IMG/VR virus record: IMGVR_UViG_3300021387_000661
Span: 32,001-96,000 of that record
Length of the DNA stretch: 64,000 nt
Source of the DNA: a virus
Lineage: Duplodnaviria > Caudoviricetes
Direction: 5' to 3' (one strand)
Positions within the stretch are counted from its first letter, which is position 1, and each line of letters begins with the position of its first letter. The notes below the pieces were generated by a model. The model saw only the letters and a program-made list of their open reading frames with translations. It was not told the DNA's origin and made no database searches. The position numbers were made by a program, and so were the translations under genes. Positions 20,767 to 30,743 of the stretch are shown here, piece after piece.

Positions 20767-22347
20767 TTACTCCTCATATGTTTCCTGGAGTTCCTTTTCA
20801 AACTTCCTGATTTCACCTTCAACAAGTTCAAGGGCTTCTTTTACCTGTTCATTGTTATTGGTTTCTTGGAGACCGGCAATAAGCTGTGACCTCTTCTCTG
20901 AAAGGAATGAAAGGGTTTCCTTGATTTCATTTCTCTTTGACTCAATAACAGCATTCTTGATTCCTTCAGCCTGGAGTTTTTCTGAAAGGATAGCTGTAGC
21001 ATCATACTTCATAAACTCCTTGATTGAATCCAATGCTTCCTTTGCAGTTTTATAGTAAACCATCTCATTGATACCAAGACCAACATTTACCTTGTTTACA
21101 TAAACACCTTCCTGTACATTGATAACAGTCACAAAGATACCTGCAAGTTTGTCATTCTGGATAGTTGTAACAGGTGAATCAAGTTCATAAAGAAGGTCTT
21201 TTGACTCAAAGAACTTAACAAGTTTTTCACAGTTACCAATAGTCTCACGGTCAAAGATACCACATCTCTTAAGTGTCTCATTAAGGTCAATGATGGACAT
21301 CTCATTGATGTTATCTACACCAGTAAGAGAAATCTCATCTGTGTTGCAGTTGTATTCAAGGACCATATTGTTTTTACCATAGTAAACAAGCCTGTCTTTG
21401 TCTGCCTCATACTTCAATATTGAAAGACCTTCAAGTACATTGATATATTTTTTATCAGTAACTGTAGCCTCTTCAAGAGTCTTACCATCAAAGATGTAGT
21501 TCTTACCATTAAGGAAGAATACCTTCTTATTCTCATCAATAAGAATAGGTGAGAAAGTTTTTCTTACAGAACAGTTACCATTCTCATAGATTCTGGTATC
21601 AACCTCACCCTGCTCTGACTTCTCTTCAGCAACAATAGAAGAAAGAAGAGCCTTTGCATCATTGTGCCATGAGTTCTCAAGAAGGACATCTTTAAGTGCA
21701 AGTCTTACATTCTCCTCACCAATGAGAGTATCTACAAGACTTTCATAGAGATTAGCATATGATGGGTTTGATGTCTGATTAGAAATACTGTTTGCAAAGT
21801 TGGCTGCAACATAACTCCATTTATCAGCAATGAATGATTCAGCAATCATATTTCTGAAATCAGCAACAGGCATCAACCAATCATACTGTGCAAGTGCAGC
21901 ATGAAGACCTTCTGCTACAGTGTACTTAACAACTGGATTTACAAGTGTATCATCAATCTTGTAACCAGCCTTAATCTTTTCCTCCATTACTGTTTCATCA
22001 TTTTTTGAAATCTGGAGTTTTGCCATAGCATTCTCGATAATCTTCTGTGCGCTTGATGCAGAGAAACCAAGACTGTTGTCAGACTTCATTTCTTCAAGTG
22101 CTGCAATAGTCTTTTTAGACTGTGTGTGCAATTTTTCAAGTGTTAGTTTCATATCTTTATTTTCTTTTACAATGTTTATGTCTTTGTTAACCTGTGCAGT
22201 GTGCTTGTTATAATAGTCAAGGTGTGACTCCACCATCTCTGGAATCATACCCAACTGCCATAAAGACTGCTTGATAACCTCATCAGACTGACCTGTCTTC
22301 TTGAATGAAGCGATCAAGTTGATTAAATTTGTATTTAAATTATCCAT
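20767..22347 (-). CDS. Late (probably virion) protein with C-terminal coiled coil
   Basis: 526 aa, late promoter 22370-22377. Confidence 0.7.
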   Translation of the reverse strand: MDNLNTNLINLIASFKKTGQSDEVIKQSLWQLGMIPEMVESHLDYYNKHTAQVNKDINIVKENKDMKLTLEKLHTQSKKTIAALEEMKSDNSLGFSASSAQKIIENAMAKLQISKNDETVMEEKIKAGYKIDDTLVNPVVKYTVAEGLHAALAQYDWLMPVADFRNMIAESFIADKWSYVAANFANSISNQTSNPSYANLYESLVDTLIGEENVRLALKDVLLENSWHNDAKALLSSIVAEEKSEQGEVDTRIYENGNCSVRKTFSPILIDENKKVFFLNGKNYIFDGKTLEEATVTDKKYINVLEGLSILKYEADKDRLVYYGKNNMVLEYNCNTDEISLTGVDNINEMSIIDLNETLKRCGIFDRETIGNCEKLVKFFESKDLLYELDSPVTTIQNDKLAGIFVTVINVQEGVYVNKVNVGLGINEMVYYKTAKEALDSIKEFMKYDATAILSEKLQAEGIKNAVIESKRNEIKETLSFLSEKRSQLIAGLQETNNNEQVKEALELVEGEIRKFEKELQETYEE

Positions 22348-22382
22348 AATAAGGTATCTATTATATTAGTATTTATGCAAAA

Positions 22383-24083
22383 TTAAAGTTGACTAAATGG
22401 ATTACTGTTGTCCTTATCCTTATCCTTTTCATCATTTTCATTAGAAGTGTCATCAGACTTTGTTTCTTTATCATTTGATTCTTCATCTGAATCACCCTCA
22501 TCTGTATCTTTTGGTTTTTCTTCCTTTGATTTTTCTTCTTTTGGTTCTTCTTTCTTTGAAGATGTATCATCCTTTTCAGGTTTATCTTCTTTACTTTCCT
22601 TTGCTGCTTTTTCAGCATCTTCAGCAGTTTTTTTGGTGTCCTTTATGTCACTCTTAATCTTCTCTGTATCTTTCTGGAGATCCTTAATCATATCTTCAAT
22701 AGATCTTAATGTCTTCTTTTCCTTCTTTTCATCCTCTTCGTCCTTATCCTTCTTCTTGAAGTCCGCAAATGACATTACTTGACCGATTTTCTTTTCTTCA
22801 GGTTTTACATCCAATGCATTATTCTGTACATCTTCTGGCGCATTGTTGATGTCAAGGTCATTTAATGTTTTATGATGTATGGTATTAAGATAAGATGTAA
22901 ATGAGAGATTGTCATTCTGGTCTTTTGTCTTAATTTTATCATTTATCTTATCAATGATTTCATTGAAAATCCTGACAACACCAGGAGACATAACTAATGA
23001 CTTATAATCTTCAGGTTTCTTTGCTTTGAAACTACCAAGGAGAGTTTTGAAGATAGATTTATATTCAGGATTTTCCTTTAAGAGTTTTTTGGTAGTTTCA
23101 TTTGAAATTTCATTAAGGTCAACATCAAAATCAACATTGATGGATTCCTTAACTATATCATTTGTATCAACATCAAAATCTTCCAATTGGGATTTCTTAT
23201 ATTTGATGTATCTGTTGAATAATCTATAGAACAGTTCAAGATACCTTTGTGCTTCATCATCACTATGAAGAAGGATAGAATCCATATCCTGACCTGTCAT
23301 AAAAACTGCAAAATCTGATAATAGAACATCTGTGTTATCCTTGAATCCCTTGTTTGACTTGTTCTTCAAAATAATATTGGTCATATAAGGGTCAATGAGT
23401 TTTGCAGAAACAGGTTTGGTTACACCATCATCAGAAACAAACTTGAAGATGAAACCATCAATTGGTGAATCAAATCCATCATTCTGGAAAAGAGAATGTG
23501 TAAGACTAGGATTCAAAAGAGTGATAATAAACCTTGCAAATGAATCCTTGGTGGATCCACTCTTTAAATAATCATTCAACCTGTCCTTTTGATATTGTGT
23601 GAGATATCCCCTGAATACAGGTTCCTGATAAGCAATGTCAAACATCTCAGCCCAAGACCTGAGATCTTCAGCATCTTCAATTTTTGTTCCACCTGATGTG
23701 ATGATACAAGAGAGAACCAAGTTATTTTTTGGAAGAACTGAATAATTGATGAAACTTGGCTGGTGACTTGGAAAATACTTACAGACAAATGTCCAGTTGC
23801 TTGGAATCTTGTCTATGATTATCTTACTCAAGTTACTCAAATAGGTCATACCAGTTGAATAGAAGTTGGTCATAACTTTATCTGCAACTGTAATTTCTCT
23901 CTTGTTAACACCAGAACCTTTATAGAAGGTCAACTTCCTGTTGAGGTCTGCTTCTGACTTTACCTTTTTCTGGAATGATAAAGTAGCAGCATTGAGTTTT
24001 TCATTAACAATTACCTCTTTGTTTAAAAGGTTGTCTAAAAACTCCTGACCTTCTGAATTTAATATGTTTTGTAAACTTATCAT
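22383..24083 (-). CDS. RNA-ligase-like nucleotidyltransferase-fold protein with acidic low-complexity tail
   Basis: Motif I-like NEKLNA, motif IV-like DGFIFK, motif V-like AKLID, late promoter 24102. Confidence 0.5.
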   Translation of the reverse strand: MISLQNILNSEGQEFLDNLLNKEVIVNEKLNAATLSFQKKVKSEADLNRKLTFYKGSGVNKREITVADKVMTNFYSTGMTYLSNLSKIIIDKIPSNWTFVCKYFPSHQPSFINYSVLPKNNLVLSCIITSGGTKIEDAEDLRSWAEMFDIAYQEPVFRGYLTQYQKDRLNDYLKSGSTKDSFARFIITLLNPSLTHSLFQNDGFDSPIDGFIFKFVSDDGVTKPVSAKLIDPYMTNIILKNKSNKGFKDNTDVLLSDFAVFMTGQDMDSILLHSDDEAQRYLELFYRLFNRYIKYKKSQLEDFDVDTNDIVKESINVDFDVDLNEISNETTKKLLKENPEYKSIFKTLLGSFKAKKPEDYKSLVMSPGVVRIFNEIIDKINDKIKTKDQNDNLSFTSYLNTIHHKTLNDLDINNAPEDVQNNALDVKPEEKKIGQVMSFADFKKKDKDEEDEKKEKKTLRSIEDMIKDLQKDTEKIKSDIKDTKKTAEDAEKAAKESKEDKPEKDDTSSKKEEPKEEKSKEEKPKDTDEGDSDEESNDKETKSDDTSNENDEKDKDKDNSNPFSQL

Positions 24084-24110
24084 TCTATTTTCAAATTACT
24101 ATATTTATGG

Positions 24111-25019
24111 TTATTTAACAATCTTCCTGTGAATTAAATCTTCATTCAAATCTTTCTTCTTCAAGTCATCTAATGATTTTACCCTCATTGGTACTTGATG
24201 GGTGTTGGATTTTAATGTGGGTTCTTCTATATGATGTGCATAAACAGATTCTGCAATCTTTTCCATTACACCACCTGTCCTCATACCCCAGACACCAAAT
24301 TCATCTGGTCTGTATTCAATGATACCCTTCTGATCTTTAGGTACCTGAAGAAGAAGTTCATCAATCTCACAAAGAAGAAGACCATGTTCAAATGCAGGAA
24401 TGAAACACTTCATTTCAATACTGAACTCTGTTGAGAATTCCTTTTTGTCATTGAGTCCAAATTCTTGGGGAAGATTATGATTGTAATCTTCAGGTACTGT
24501 CATACAGGCATCAACATTGAACATACCAAAATCAACTTTGAAATAGTTTGGGTTTTTGTAAATCTTTGAAACAATCATTTCAGTTACTTTAAACAATTCA
24601 ATATTGTTTGCACATATGACCTTACAATCAAAGGAAAGAGTGACAGGGATCCACTCTACATTCAAGTAAAGTGTCCTCAAGACACCCTGACTCTCCCTCA
24701 CTATCTTTGTTCTGTTATACTTATTGGTCTGTTCTGCTGTATTTACTGTAAAACCAGTAAGGTTCACCATACATCTTGGTACATGTTCATAGTCACCAAT
24801 TGCCTTACCCATTTGAAGAGCATCATAGTAAAACTCATCTTTTAACATACGTTCTTGACCTGTAATAGAATACAAACAAGGTATGGTTACTTTTTGAACT
24901 GAACCATCATCTAGTCTATTATAAATATACATCTTCTTATTTAATTCAGCAAGAAGACATACTATCATAGACCTTATGAAAACATCATCTTTATTATATT
25001 TCTGATTATACTCACTCAT
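24111..25019 (-). CDS. gp15: Tail sheath stabilizer / tail terminator (T4 gp15-like)
   Basis: KVTIPCLY, VPRCMV, IPVTLSFD pattern. Confidence 0.7.
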   Translation of the reverse strand: MSEYNQKYNKDDVFIRSMIVCLLAELNKKMYIYNRLDDGSVQKVTIPCLYSITGQERMLKDEFYYDALQMGKAIGDYEHVPRCMVNLTGFTVNTAEQTNKYNRTKIVRESQGVLRTLYLNVEWIPVTLSFDCKVICANNIELFKVTEMIVSKIYKNPNYFKVDFGMFNVDACMTVPEDYNHNLPQEFGLNDKKEFSTEFSIEMKCFIPAFEHGLLLCEIDELLLQVPKDQKGIIEYRPDEFGVWGMRTGGVMEKIAESVYAHHIEEPTLKSNTHQVPMRVKSLDDLKKKDLNEDLIHRKIVK

Positions 25020-25501
25020 TACTCTTCTTCCTCTTCTTCAGGTTTTTCATATCCTGCATCATCAAGTGCCTTTGCAACCTTATCCAATGTCTTGTCATCA
25101 TCAGGGTCGATGCCAAGAAGATTTTCCACATCACCAACCCTGTCATTGAGGTCTACAATCTGGTCTTCTGTACTCATATCATCAAATCCTCTGTCATTGA
25201 CTTTTTCCTCTTGGTCAAAATCTTCCTCGTCCTCATCATCATTGATATGGATATAACCTGTAATCTGCGGGTTATAGTCAGCAACCATATTTTTTGTAAT
25301 ATAGTTGATGTAAAACTTGTTCTTACCATGGAGTTTAGTGTCAAGCATCTCTCTCCAACCTATTTCACGCTTGGCTCTGGATGTGTTAAGATACTTGATG
25401 ATGTCTTTATCAAATGCAAGATGCCTGGCCAAGTCCTTAACAATGTCCTTATCAGATTTCACTTCAAGAAGGAATTCTGTATAATTCTTTATATTGTTCA
25501 T
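25019..25501 (-). CDS. Putative head-internal acidic protein
   Basis: N-terminal IKNYTEFLLE CTS-like sequence, late promoter 25529. Confidence 0.65.
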   Translation of the reverse strand: MNNIKNYTEFLLEVKSDKDIVKDLARHLAFDKDIIKYLNTSRAKREIGWREMLDTKLHGKNKFYINYITKNMVADYNPQITGYIHINDDEDEEDFDQEEKVNDRGFDDMSTEDQIVDLNDRVGDVENLLGIDPDDDKTLDKVAKALDDAGYEKPEEEEEE

Positions 25502-25536
25502 ACTTTAATATATGTACATAGTATAAGGTATTTATG

Positions 25537-25575
25537 AAAAAGAGTGGGGTTGATATTCAACCTCACTCTAAAAAA
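25537..25575 (-). terminator. Intrinsic terminator (AGAGTG..CACTCT family)
   Basis: AGAGTGGGGTTGA-TAT-TCAACCTCACTCT. Confidence 0.75.
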
Positions 25576-25603
25576 CAACAAAACAAATATGACTACACAA
25601 AAA

Positions 25604-25843
25604 TTAATTATCAAGAACACCAAGTATCTGGGTTTCCTTTACATTGGCAATTCTCCAATCAGCCATTGTACCATCATATTCCTTCTGTACAATCCTGTTG
25701 GCCTCTTCTGTGGTCTTTGCATGCACCAACCATTTTTCCTGCCATTTCTTAATCTTTGGATTTCCAGCCCTGTCTTCCTGATCAGTCTCTTCCTGAAGCT
25801 TAACAGTCACTTCAAAATAATTGATTTCTACTTCTTTTGCCAT
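25604..25843 (-). CDS. DUF4494-like protein (Bacteroidota-type)
   Basis: YFEVTVKL...KKWQEKWLVHAKTTEEAN...VKETQILGV. Confidence 0.7.
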   Translation of the reverse strand: MAKEVEINYFEVTVKLQEETDQEDRAGNPKIKKWQEKWLVHAKTTEEANRIVQKEYDGTMADWRIANVKETQILGVLDN

Positions 25844-25845
25844 AG

Positions 25846-26430
25846 TTAAAATAATTTTACATTGTTATTGAGAATTTCATTTGGTAATTTACTTACTTCC
25901 TTCAAATCTTCTAGGATTTGTATCTGTAGATAGGAACTTAACCTCTTCCACATTGTCTGTAATCCAACACCACAATATTCACACACCAAAACAAATAATT
26001 GTGCCATTGTGTAGTCTTGCTTCATCTTTGGATAACAATAAATGATGATGTCATTTATTGTTTGATAATTTATTGTTACCTTGTCCTCACCAAGTAATAA
26101 TTCTTTGTACTTGGAATCTTCAATGATTTCTTGGAATGCTTTTTCAAACTCAACATCTTCATAAGAAGAATTGTATTGATAACTGTGTGGATCAATTGTA
26201 ATTTTTTCATTAGAAAAATCCTCTGTATAATCAACTTGATTCCACTTGTTATTCTTAATTTTTAATGTTCTGGATGTTTTAATTCTCTCCTCTACTGTTT
26301 TCTCACCTGATTTTTTTGAGAAAATATCTACACCATTTTCATCAAGGAAAGTTCTTTTATCTACTGCAATGTCTTCTCCATCATCTATTGGGTCAATGTT
26401 AAAATCTGCAACCTCATAATTATTGAGCAT
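25846..26430 (-). CDS. Hypothetical protein
   Basis: 194-aa ORF, promoter motif 26457-26469. Confidence 0.7.
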   Translation of the reverse strand: MLNNYEVADFNIDPIDDGEDIAVDKRTFLDENGVDIFSKKSGEKTVEERIKTSRTLKIKNNKWNQVDYTEDFSNEKITIDPHSYQYNSSYEDVEFEKAFQEIIEDSKYKELLLGEDKVTINYQTINDIIIYCYPKMKQDYTMAQLFVLVCEYCGVGLQTMWKRLSSYLQIQILEDLKEVSKLPNEILNNNVKLF

Positions 26431-26485
26431 TTTAGTTTAGATTTCATTATATATATTAAAAATAACAAAATATTTATAAACTGTT

Positions 26486-26498
26486 TTTGTTATATTTA
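26486..26498 (+). promoter_or_regulatory. Phage replication-class promoter motif TTTGTTATWTTTA (representative of 13 copies)
   Basis: Also at + 3137, 3873, 6199, 29913, 30700, 35444, 37613, 53044, 55823, 59468 and - 20436-20448, 26457-26469, always just upstream of a start codon. Confidence 0.8.
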
Positions 26499-26549
26499 GT
26501 CTCGAATGAAGGTTACCTTCTAAAGTAATCATTAAAATTTAGTTTAACA

Positions 26550-29480
26550 ATGTTATTGGACATATTACAAGACAAATCAAACCTCCAGGTGTCTTACTGG
26601 GGTCCTGATGGAAAGACCCACATTGAGGTCATTAAAATCCCGGATGAAGAACAGTATATCTGGGTTACCAATCAAAAAGACAAAACAGATCTAAAATTCA
26701 AGGGTATCCACAACTGGAATGGAAAAACAGTTTACAAACACAGGGTGGATCCACAAAGAGAAAAACTCAACAGGTACAGGCAGTATGAAATCCTGGATTC
26801 TCAACCTGATGAATTGAAGGAGAAGATATTTTCTTATAATCTTCCGGAACTTTTCTTTATAGATATTGAGAATATACAACAGGAAGGAAAACCCAATCCT
26901 GAAAAACCAGATAAACCAATCACAGTCATAGGTGTATGTTGTCCTAATGATACAGTGATGGTTCTTTCTGGTGGATATAATCTTACAGAAAAGGAACAGG
27001 AAAGCATTCAGAAAAGAATTGATGAACACTTCAAGCAAGTGAACAGACACTTCAAGTTTGTGTTCAGGTATTTTAAAACAGAATATGACCTTCTTTATTT
27101 CTTCTTCTCAATGTTCATCCCAAAGATGGCGATGATGACAGGATGGAACTTTGAGGATTATGACTGGAGGTATATGTACAACAGGGCAAAACTCCTTGGT
27201 ATTGACCCCTCCCTTGCATCACCTTCAAGGATACTGACAGGACAGGTTGACAGACCTGCACATGTGGGTCTCATTGACTACCTGAAGGCATATAAGAAAT
27301 GGACCTGGAACTCCAATGAGAATTACAGATTGGATACTATTGGTGAGAAGTTGTGTAAAATCAAGAAGGTACAACACTCTGAATCTCTTGATGATATGCT
27401 CAATAATAATTTTGAGAAGTATGTGTATTACAATGCAATTGACTGTTGTCTTGTTAAGTTAATTCATGAAGCATGTAATGCACTTACTTGTGGATTGACT
27501 ACTGCCTGGCTGGGTAGAATTAAGGCAATGGATTGTTTCTCTACTACCTATATTCCTGAAAACCTATTGAGGGCATCATTCTCTGGTGAACACAAGGTAC
27601 TAGGCATTGACCCATTTGCAAAGAAGAAAGAAGGTGAAAAGTATGAAGGCGCATTCGTGAAGCAACCAATTCCCGGACTTCACAAGTACTGTACCTGTAA
27701 TGACTATGCATCACTGTATCCTTCATTGATGAGACAGTTCAATATCGGTCCTGAAACACTGGTGACACTTCTTCCTGAAGCAGATGAAGTACTCAAACAG
27801 CAATGGAGGGACAAGGGTTATATAGTATGTGCATCCGGTGCAGTCTTCCAGAAGGAGGATGGTCATCTGAAGAAGATTATCACTGACCTGTATTTCAAGA
27901 GAAAGGCATATAAGAAGACATCATTCAAGTTCACACAGATTTATTATGACCTGAAAGACCTCAAGCATGCCAATGCATCTTCGGAAGAGATTGAGGATTA
28001 CCTGAACAAGAATGACTTTGCCGGCAGGAAGGCAAGTGAGGTGGATGAGATTATGTCCTACTGTCAGGTACAGGCAGACATCTACAACAACTTCCAGCTT
28101 GGTACAAAGGTGGTTATCAATGGTATCTATGGTGCATTTGGATTCTCTGGATTCTACTTCTACAATCCTACCATTGCAGAGGCAGTCACCAAACAGGGTA
28201 AGAATGCCATCCTTAATGCAGAGAGGCTTATCAACCTCTGGGCAAACAAGGTATGGCAGAAGGATACCAAGACTCATCAGTTGATGGGTATAAAGATTAC
28301 TAAACCAAATGAAAATATTGGACCAGTCAGTGTATATATTGATACGGATTCTATATATTCATCTTATTATCAAATAGTTAGAGTCACAGACTGGTTTGAT
28401 CATGATGTGTGGAGACTGACAAAGATCAACAAGCAGAATGACCAGAAGGATTTCACCTATGTATCTAAAGGTGGTTATCCTACTGAAGAAGATGCAAGGA
28501 AGTACTTTGATGTTGATTCCATTGATACCACAAAATATGAATGGAGTATTGATACTATTGAACCTGAAGGTAGGGAGTTTTGTCTCACCATCAACAGGGT
28601 GTTTATGTCCAACTACCTGAAGAAGATACATGAGGAATATGCCAAGAAGAATGGCACTCCAAATATTCTTGACTTTGAACTTGAGGCATACAATGAAGCA
28701 GGTATCTGGTTGGCAAAGAAGAAGTACATCAAGAATATGACCTGGGCAGAACCTAATGTCTATTATGACTCCTGTACCAAAATCAAGGCTACTGGTGTTG
28801 AGATTGCTCAGACCAGTTCATCACAGTGGGTGAAGAACCAACTGACAGACCTGGTGAAGTGGATTTTCCAGCAGGAGGAATTTGTACTTGACAGTTTTGT
28901 GAAGAAATTGGCAGGTGTGAAGAAACAGTTTATGCTTCAATCACCTGAAACCATCAGTGTTAACAAGGGTATGAACAAATACAGTGAATATGTGTTGAGT
29001 GATACAAGTGATATTGAGATGAATCCAAAGGCAATGATAACCGTTCAGGGCGCAGCACTCTATAATTATATATTGAATAACAATGTGAAGTTCAAGAAGA
29101 GATATTCAACACTCTTTGATGCCGACAAACTCTGTGTACTTTATATTAAACCAACTGAAAGATATAAGTACTGGAAGAAGGAAATGCAGATACCTGTGAG
29201 TGAATATGTCAAGAATCCAGATATGTATAAACTTATTAGTGATGCAAAAGAAACAAGAAAAGGTAATATTGATGTTTACACAGATATTATGAGTCTTCAG
29301 AAGTGTGAAGCATTCAGTTATCCAGCAGGAATGTTCCCTATGGATATGGCAGCCAACCTGGAGATTGACAAGAACAAGATGTTTGACCTTCTGGTATTGA
29401 GTCCTGTCAATAGGATTGTTGAAGCAATGGGTTATCCTGCTATTGATATTTCTATGACAACAGAGGCTGGATTGTGGTAA
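26550..29480 (+). CDS. gp43: Family B DNA polymerase (T4 gp43-like)
   Basis: Exonuclease motifs DIE, GWNFEDYD, YNAID; polymerase motifs DYASLYPS, KVVINGIYG, YIDTDS, KKKY. Confidence 0.96.
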   Translation: MLLDILQDKSNLQVSYWGPDGKTHIEVIKIPDEEQYIWVTNQKDKTDLKFKGIHNWNGKTVYKHRVDPQREKLNRYRQYEILDSQPDELKEKIFSYNLPELFFIDIENIQQEGKPNPEKPDKPITVIGVCCPNDTVMVLSGGYNLTEKEQESIQKRIDEHFKQVNRHFKFVFRYFKTEYDLLYFFFSMFIPKMAMMTGWNFEDYDWRYMYNRAKLLGIDPSLASPSRILTGQVDRPAHVGLIDYLKAYKKWTWNSNENYRLDTIGEKLCKIKKVQHSESLDDMLNNNFEKYVYYNAIDCCLVKLIHEACNALTCGLTTAWLGRIKAMDCFSTTYIPENLLRASFSGEHKVLGIDPFAKKKEGEKYEGAFVKQPIPGLHKYCTCNDYASLYPSLMRQFNIGPETLVTLLPEADEVLKQQWRDKGYIVCASGAVFQKEDGHLKKIITDLYFKRKAYKKTSFKFTQIYYDLKDLKHANASSEEIEDYLNKNDFAGRKASEVDEIMSYCQVQADIYNNFQLGTKVVINGIYGAFGFSGFYFYNPTIAEAVTKQGKNAILNAERLINLWANKVWQKDTKTHQLMGIKITKPNENIGPVSVYIDTDSIYSSYYQIVRVTDWFDHDVWRLTKINKQNDQKDFTYVSKGGYPTEEDARKYFDVDSIDTTKYEWSIDTIEPEGREFCLTINRVFMSNYLKKIHEEYAKKNGTPNILDFELEAYNEAGIWLAKKKYIKNMTWAEPNVYYDSCTKIKATGVEIAQTSSSQWVKNQLTDLVKWIFQQEEFVLDSFVKKLAGVKKQFMLQSPETISVNKGMNKYSEYVLSDTSDIEMNPKAMITVQGAALYNYILNNNVKFKKRYSTLFDADKLCVLYIKPTERYKYWKKEMQIPVSEYVKNPDMYKLISDAKETRKGNIDVYTDIMSLQKCEAFSYPAGMFPMDMAANLEIDKNKMFDLLVLSPVNRIVEAMGYPAIDISMTTEAGLW

Positions 29481-29481
29481 C

Positions 29482-29514
29482 AAAAAAATGGAAGTCATCA
29501 GACTTCCATTTTTC
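29482..29514. terminator. Bidirectional terminator
   Basis: AAAAATGGAAGTC-ATCA-GACTTCCATTTTT. Confidence 0.85.
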
Positions 29515-29873
29515 TATTTAACACTATGAAAATGCCATTCATCCCTGTTTAAATCCTTTTCACGGACATCTTTACCAGTAATACCATCAATTACACCATG
29601 TAAAACTTTTCCTGGTTCCATACTTCTGATTTCTACACTGTCATCAGGCATTACATATATACATGCTGCATATTCAATGTCATAAGGAGGCATATTTCTA
29701 ATGGCATCTTCATCAAAATCAATTTCAAAAAATTTAACATCAAGTGATACTTTCTTTGTTACATCTTCTGCTACAAAATTGATTTCTTTACCAAAATGTT
29801 CAGATGGATCTATAAAATCATTGAAGTTTTCATTGATTTTTTCATTTGTAAATTCACTAAATTTCTTAATCAT
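29514..29873 (-). CDS. Putative head-internal protein
   Basis: N-terminal IKKFSEFTNEKINE CTS-like sequence, late promoter 29897. Confidence 0.65.
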   Translation of the reverse strand: MIKKFSEFTNEKINENFNDFIDPSEHFGKEINFVAEDVTKKVSLDVKFFEIDFDEDAIRNMPPYDIEYAACIYVMPDDSVEIRSMEPGKVLHGVIDGITGKDVREKDLNRDEWHFHSVK

Positions 29874-29929
29874 AGTCTTTTTTAAATGATATATGTTATT
29901 TATGTAAGTTGTTTTGTTATATTTGAGTT

Positions 29930-30694
29930 ATGATAGACATTAAAGAATTCAACATACCAAGAAATATCTTGGAAATTCTCTTGAAAGACAGAACTACTGG
30001 TCAGAACATCCTTTGGGGAACTGACCAGTATGGTTTTGATCCAAAGTCTCATATTGATATTCACCAGATTATTTCAGGTGATGTGATTAAACCAAGGGTA
30101 CTGAAATCATTGGAAGACCAGAAATCCAGGACTGATTCCAAGGCAGAGGTTTATACTCCTATTGAAATCATCAAGAAGATGAATGATGCAGTGGATACTG
30201 AAGAACCACTTAATGAAACATACATCAGGAGGAAGGTTCTTGAAGTCACCTGTGGAGAAGCACCTTATCTTGTATCCAGGTATGATGTATCAACAGGGAA
30301 GATGATTCCATTGTCAGAAAGGCAGGGACTTCTGGACAGGAAAATGAGGAGAATAAACAGTATCCCAACCACAACAGATATTGAGACTTGGAGGGTGTGT
30401 ACCATTTATGCACTACAGGCAGTCTATGGTTATGAGTGGCAGGGTGATTCACTTCTTCTTGCCAGGGAGAATGTCTTATATGATGTGATTGACTGGTTTG
30501 AAGACAGATTCAAGAGTGCAATACCAACCCAGATGATGGAAGAGTTTGCAAATATCATTTCATATAATCTCTTTCAGATGGATGGTGTGACAATGTGCAT
30601 ACCTTATTCTGATACACCAGCAAAGGTGATGGATTGGATATTGGATGAGATGGAAAGATTTGATGGACAACCTGAAGAATTGTCTTTATTTTAG
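29930..30694 (+). CDS. Restriction-modification methyltransferase-like protein (SAM-binding half only)
   Basis: KAEVYTP, LEVTCGEAPYL, YGYEWQ motifs; no NPPY/DPPY motif. Confidence 0.75.
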   Translation: MIDIKEFNIPRNILEILLKDRTTGQNILWGTDQYGFDPKSHIDIHQIISGDVIKPRVLKSLEDQKSRTDSKAEVYTPIEIIKKMNDAVDTEEPLNETYIRRKVLEVTCGEAPYLVSRYDVSTGKMIPLSERQGLLDRKMRRINSIPTTTDIETWRVCTIYALQAVYGYEWQGDSLLLARENVLYDVIDWFEDRFKSAIPTQMMEEFANIISYNLFQMDGVTMCIPYSDTPAKVMDWILDEMERFDGQPEELSLF

Positions 30695-30743
30695 TATTTT
30701 TTGTTATATTTAATTCAGAAAACATTTTTAAGTTTAATATAGT

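Noticed and set aside
26505-26535. GAAGGTTACCTTC hairpin as a T4 gene 43-like translational operator
   Set aside because: Short single palindrome, not distinguishable from chance without homolog comparison
26550-29480. Intein or intron in the DNA polymerase (also checked helicase and UvsX)
   Set aside because: No C/S...HN splice junctions or LAGLIDADG motifs; reading frames continuous and lengths near normal
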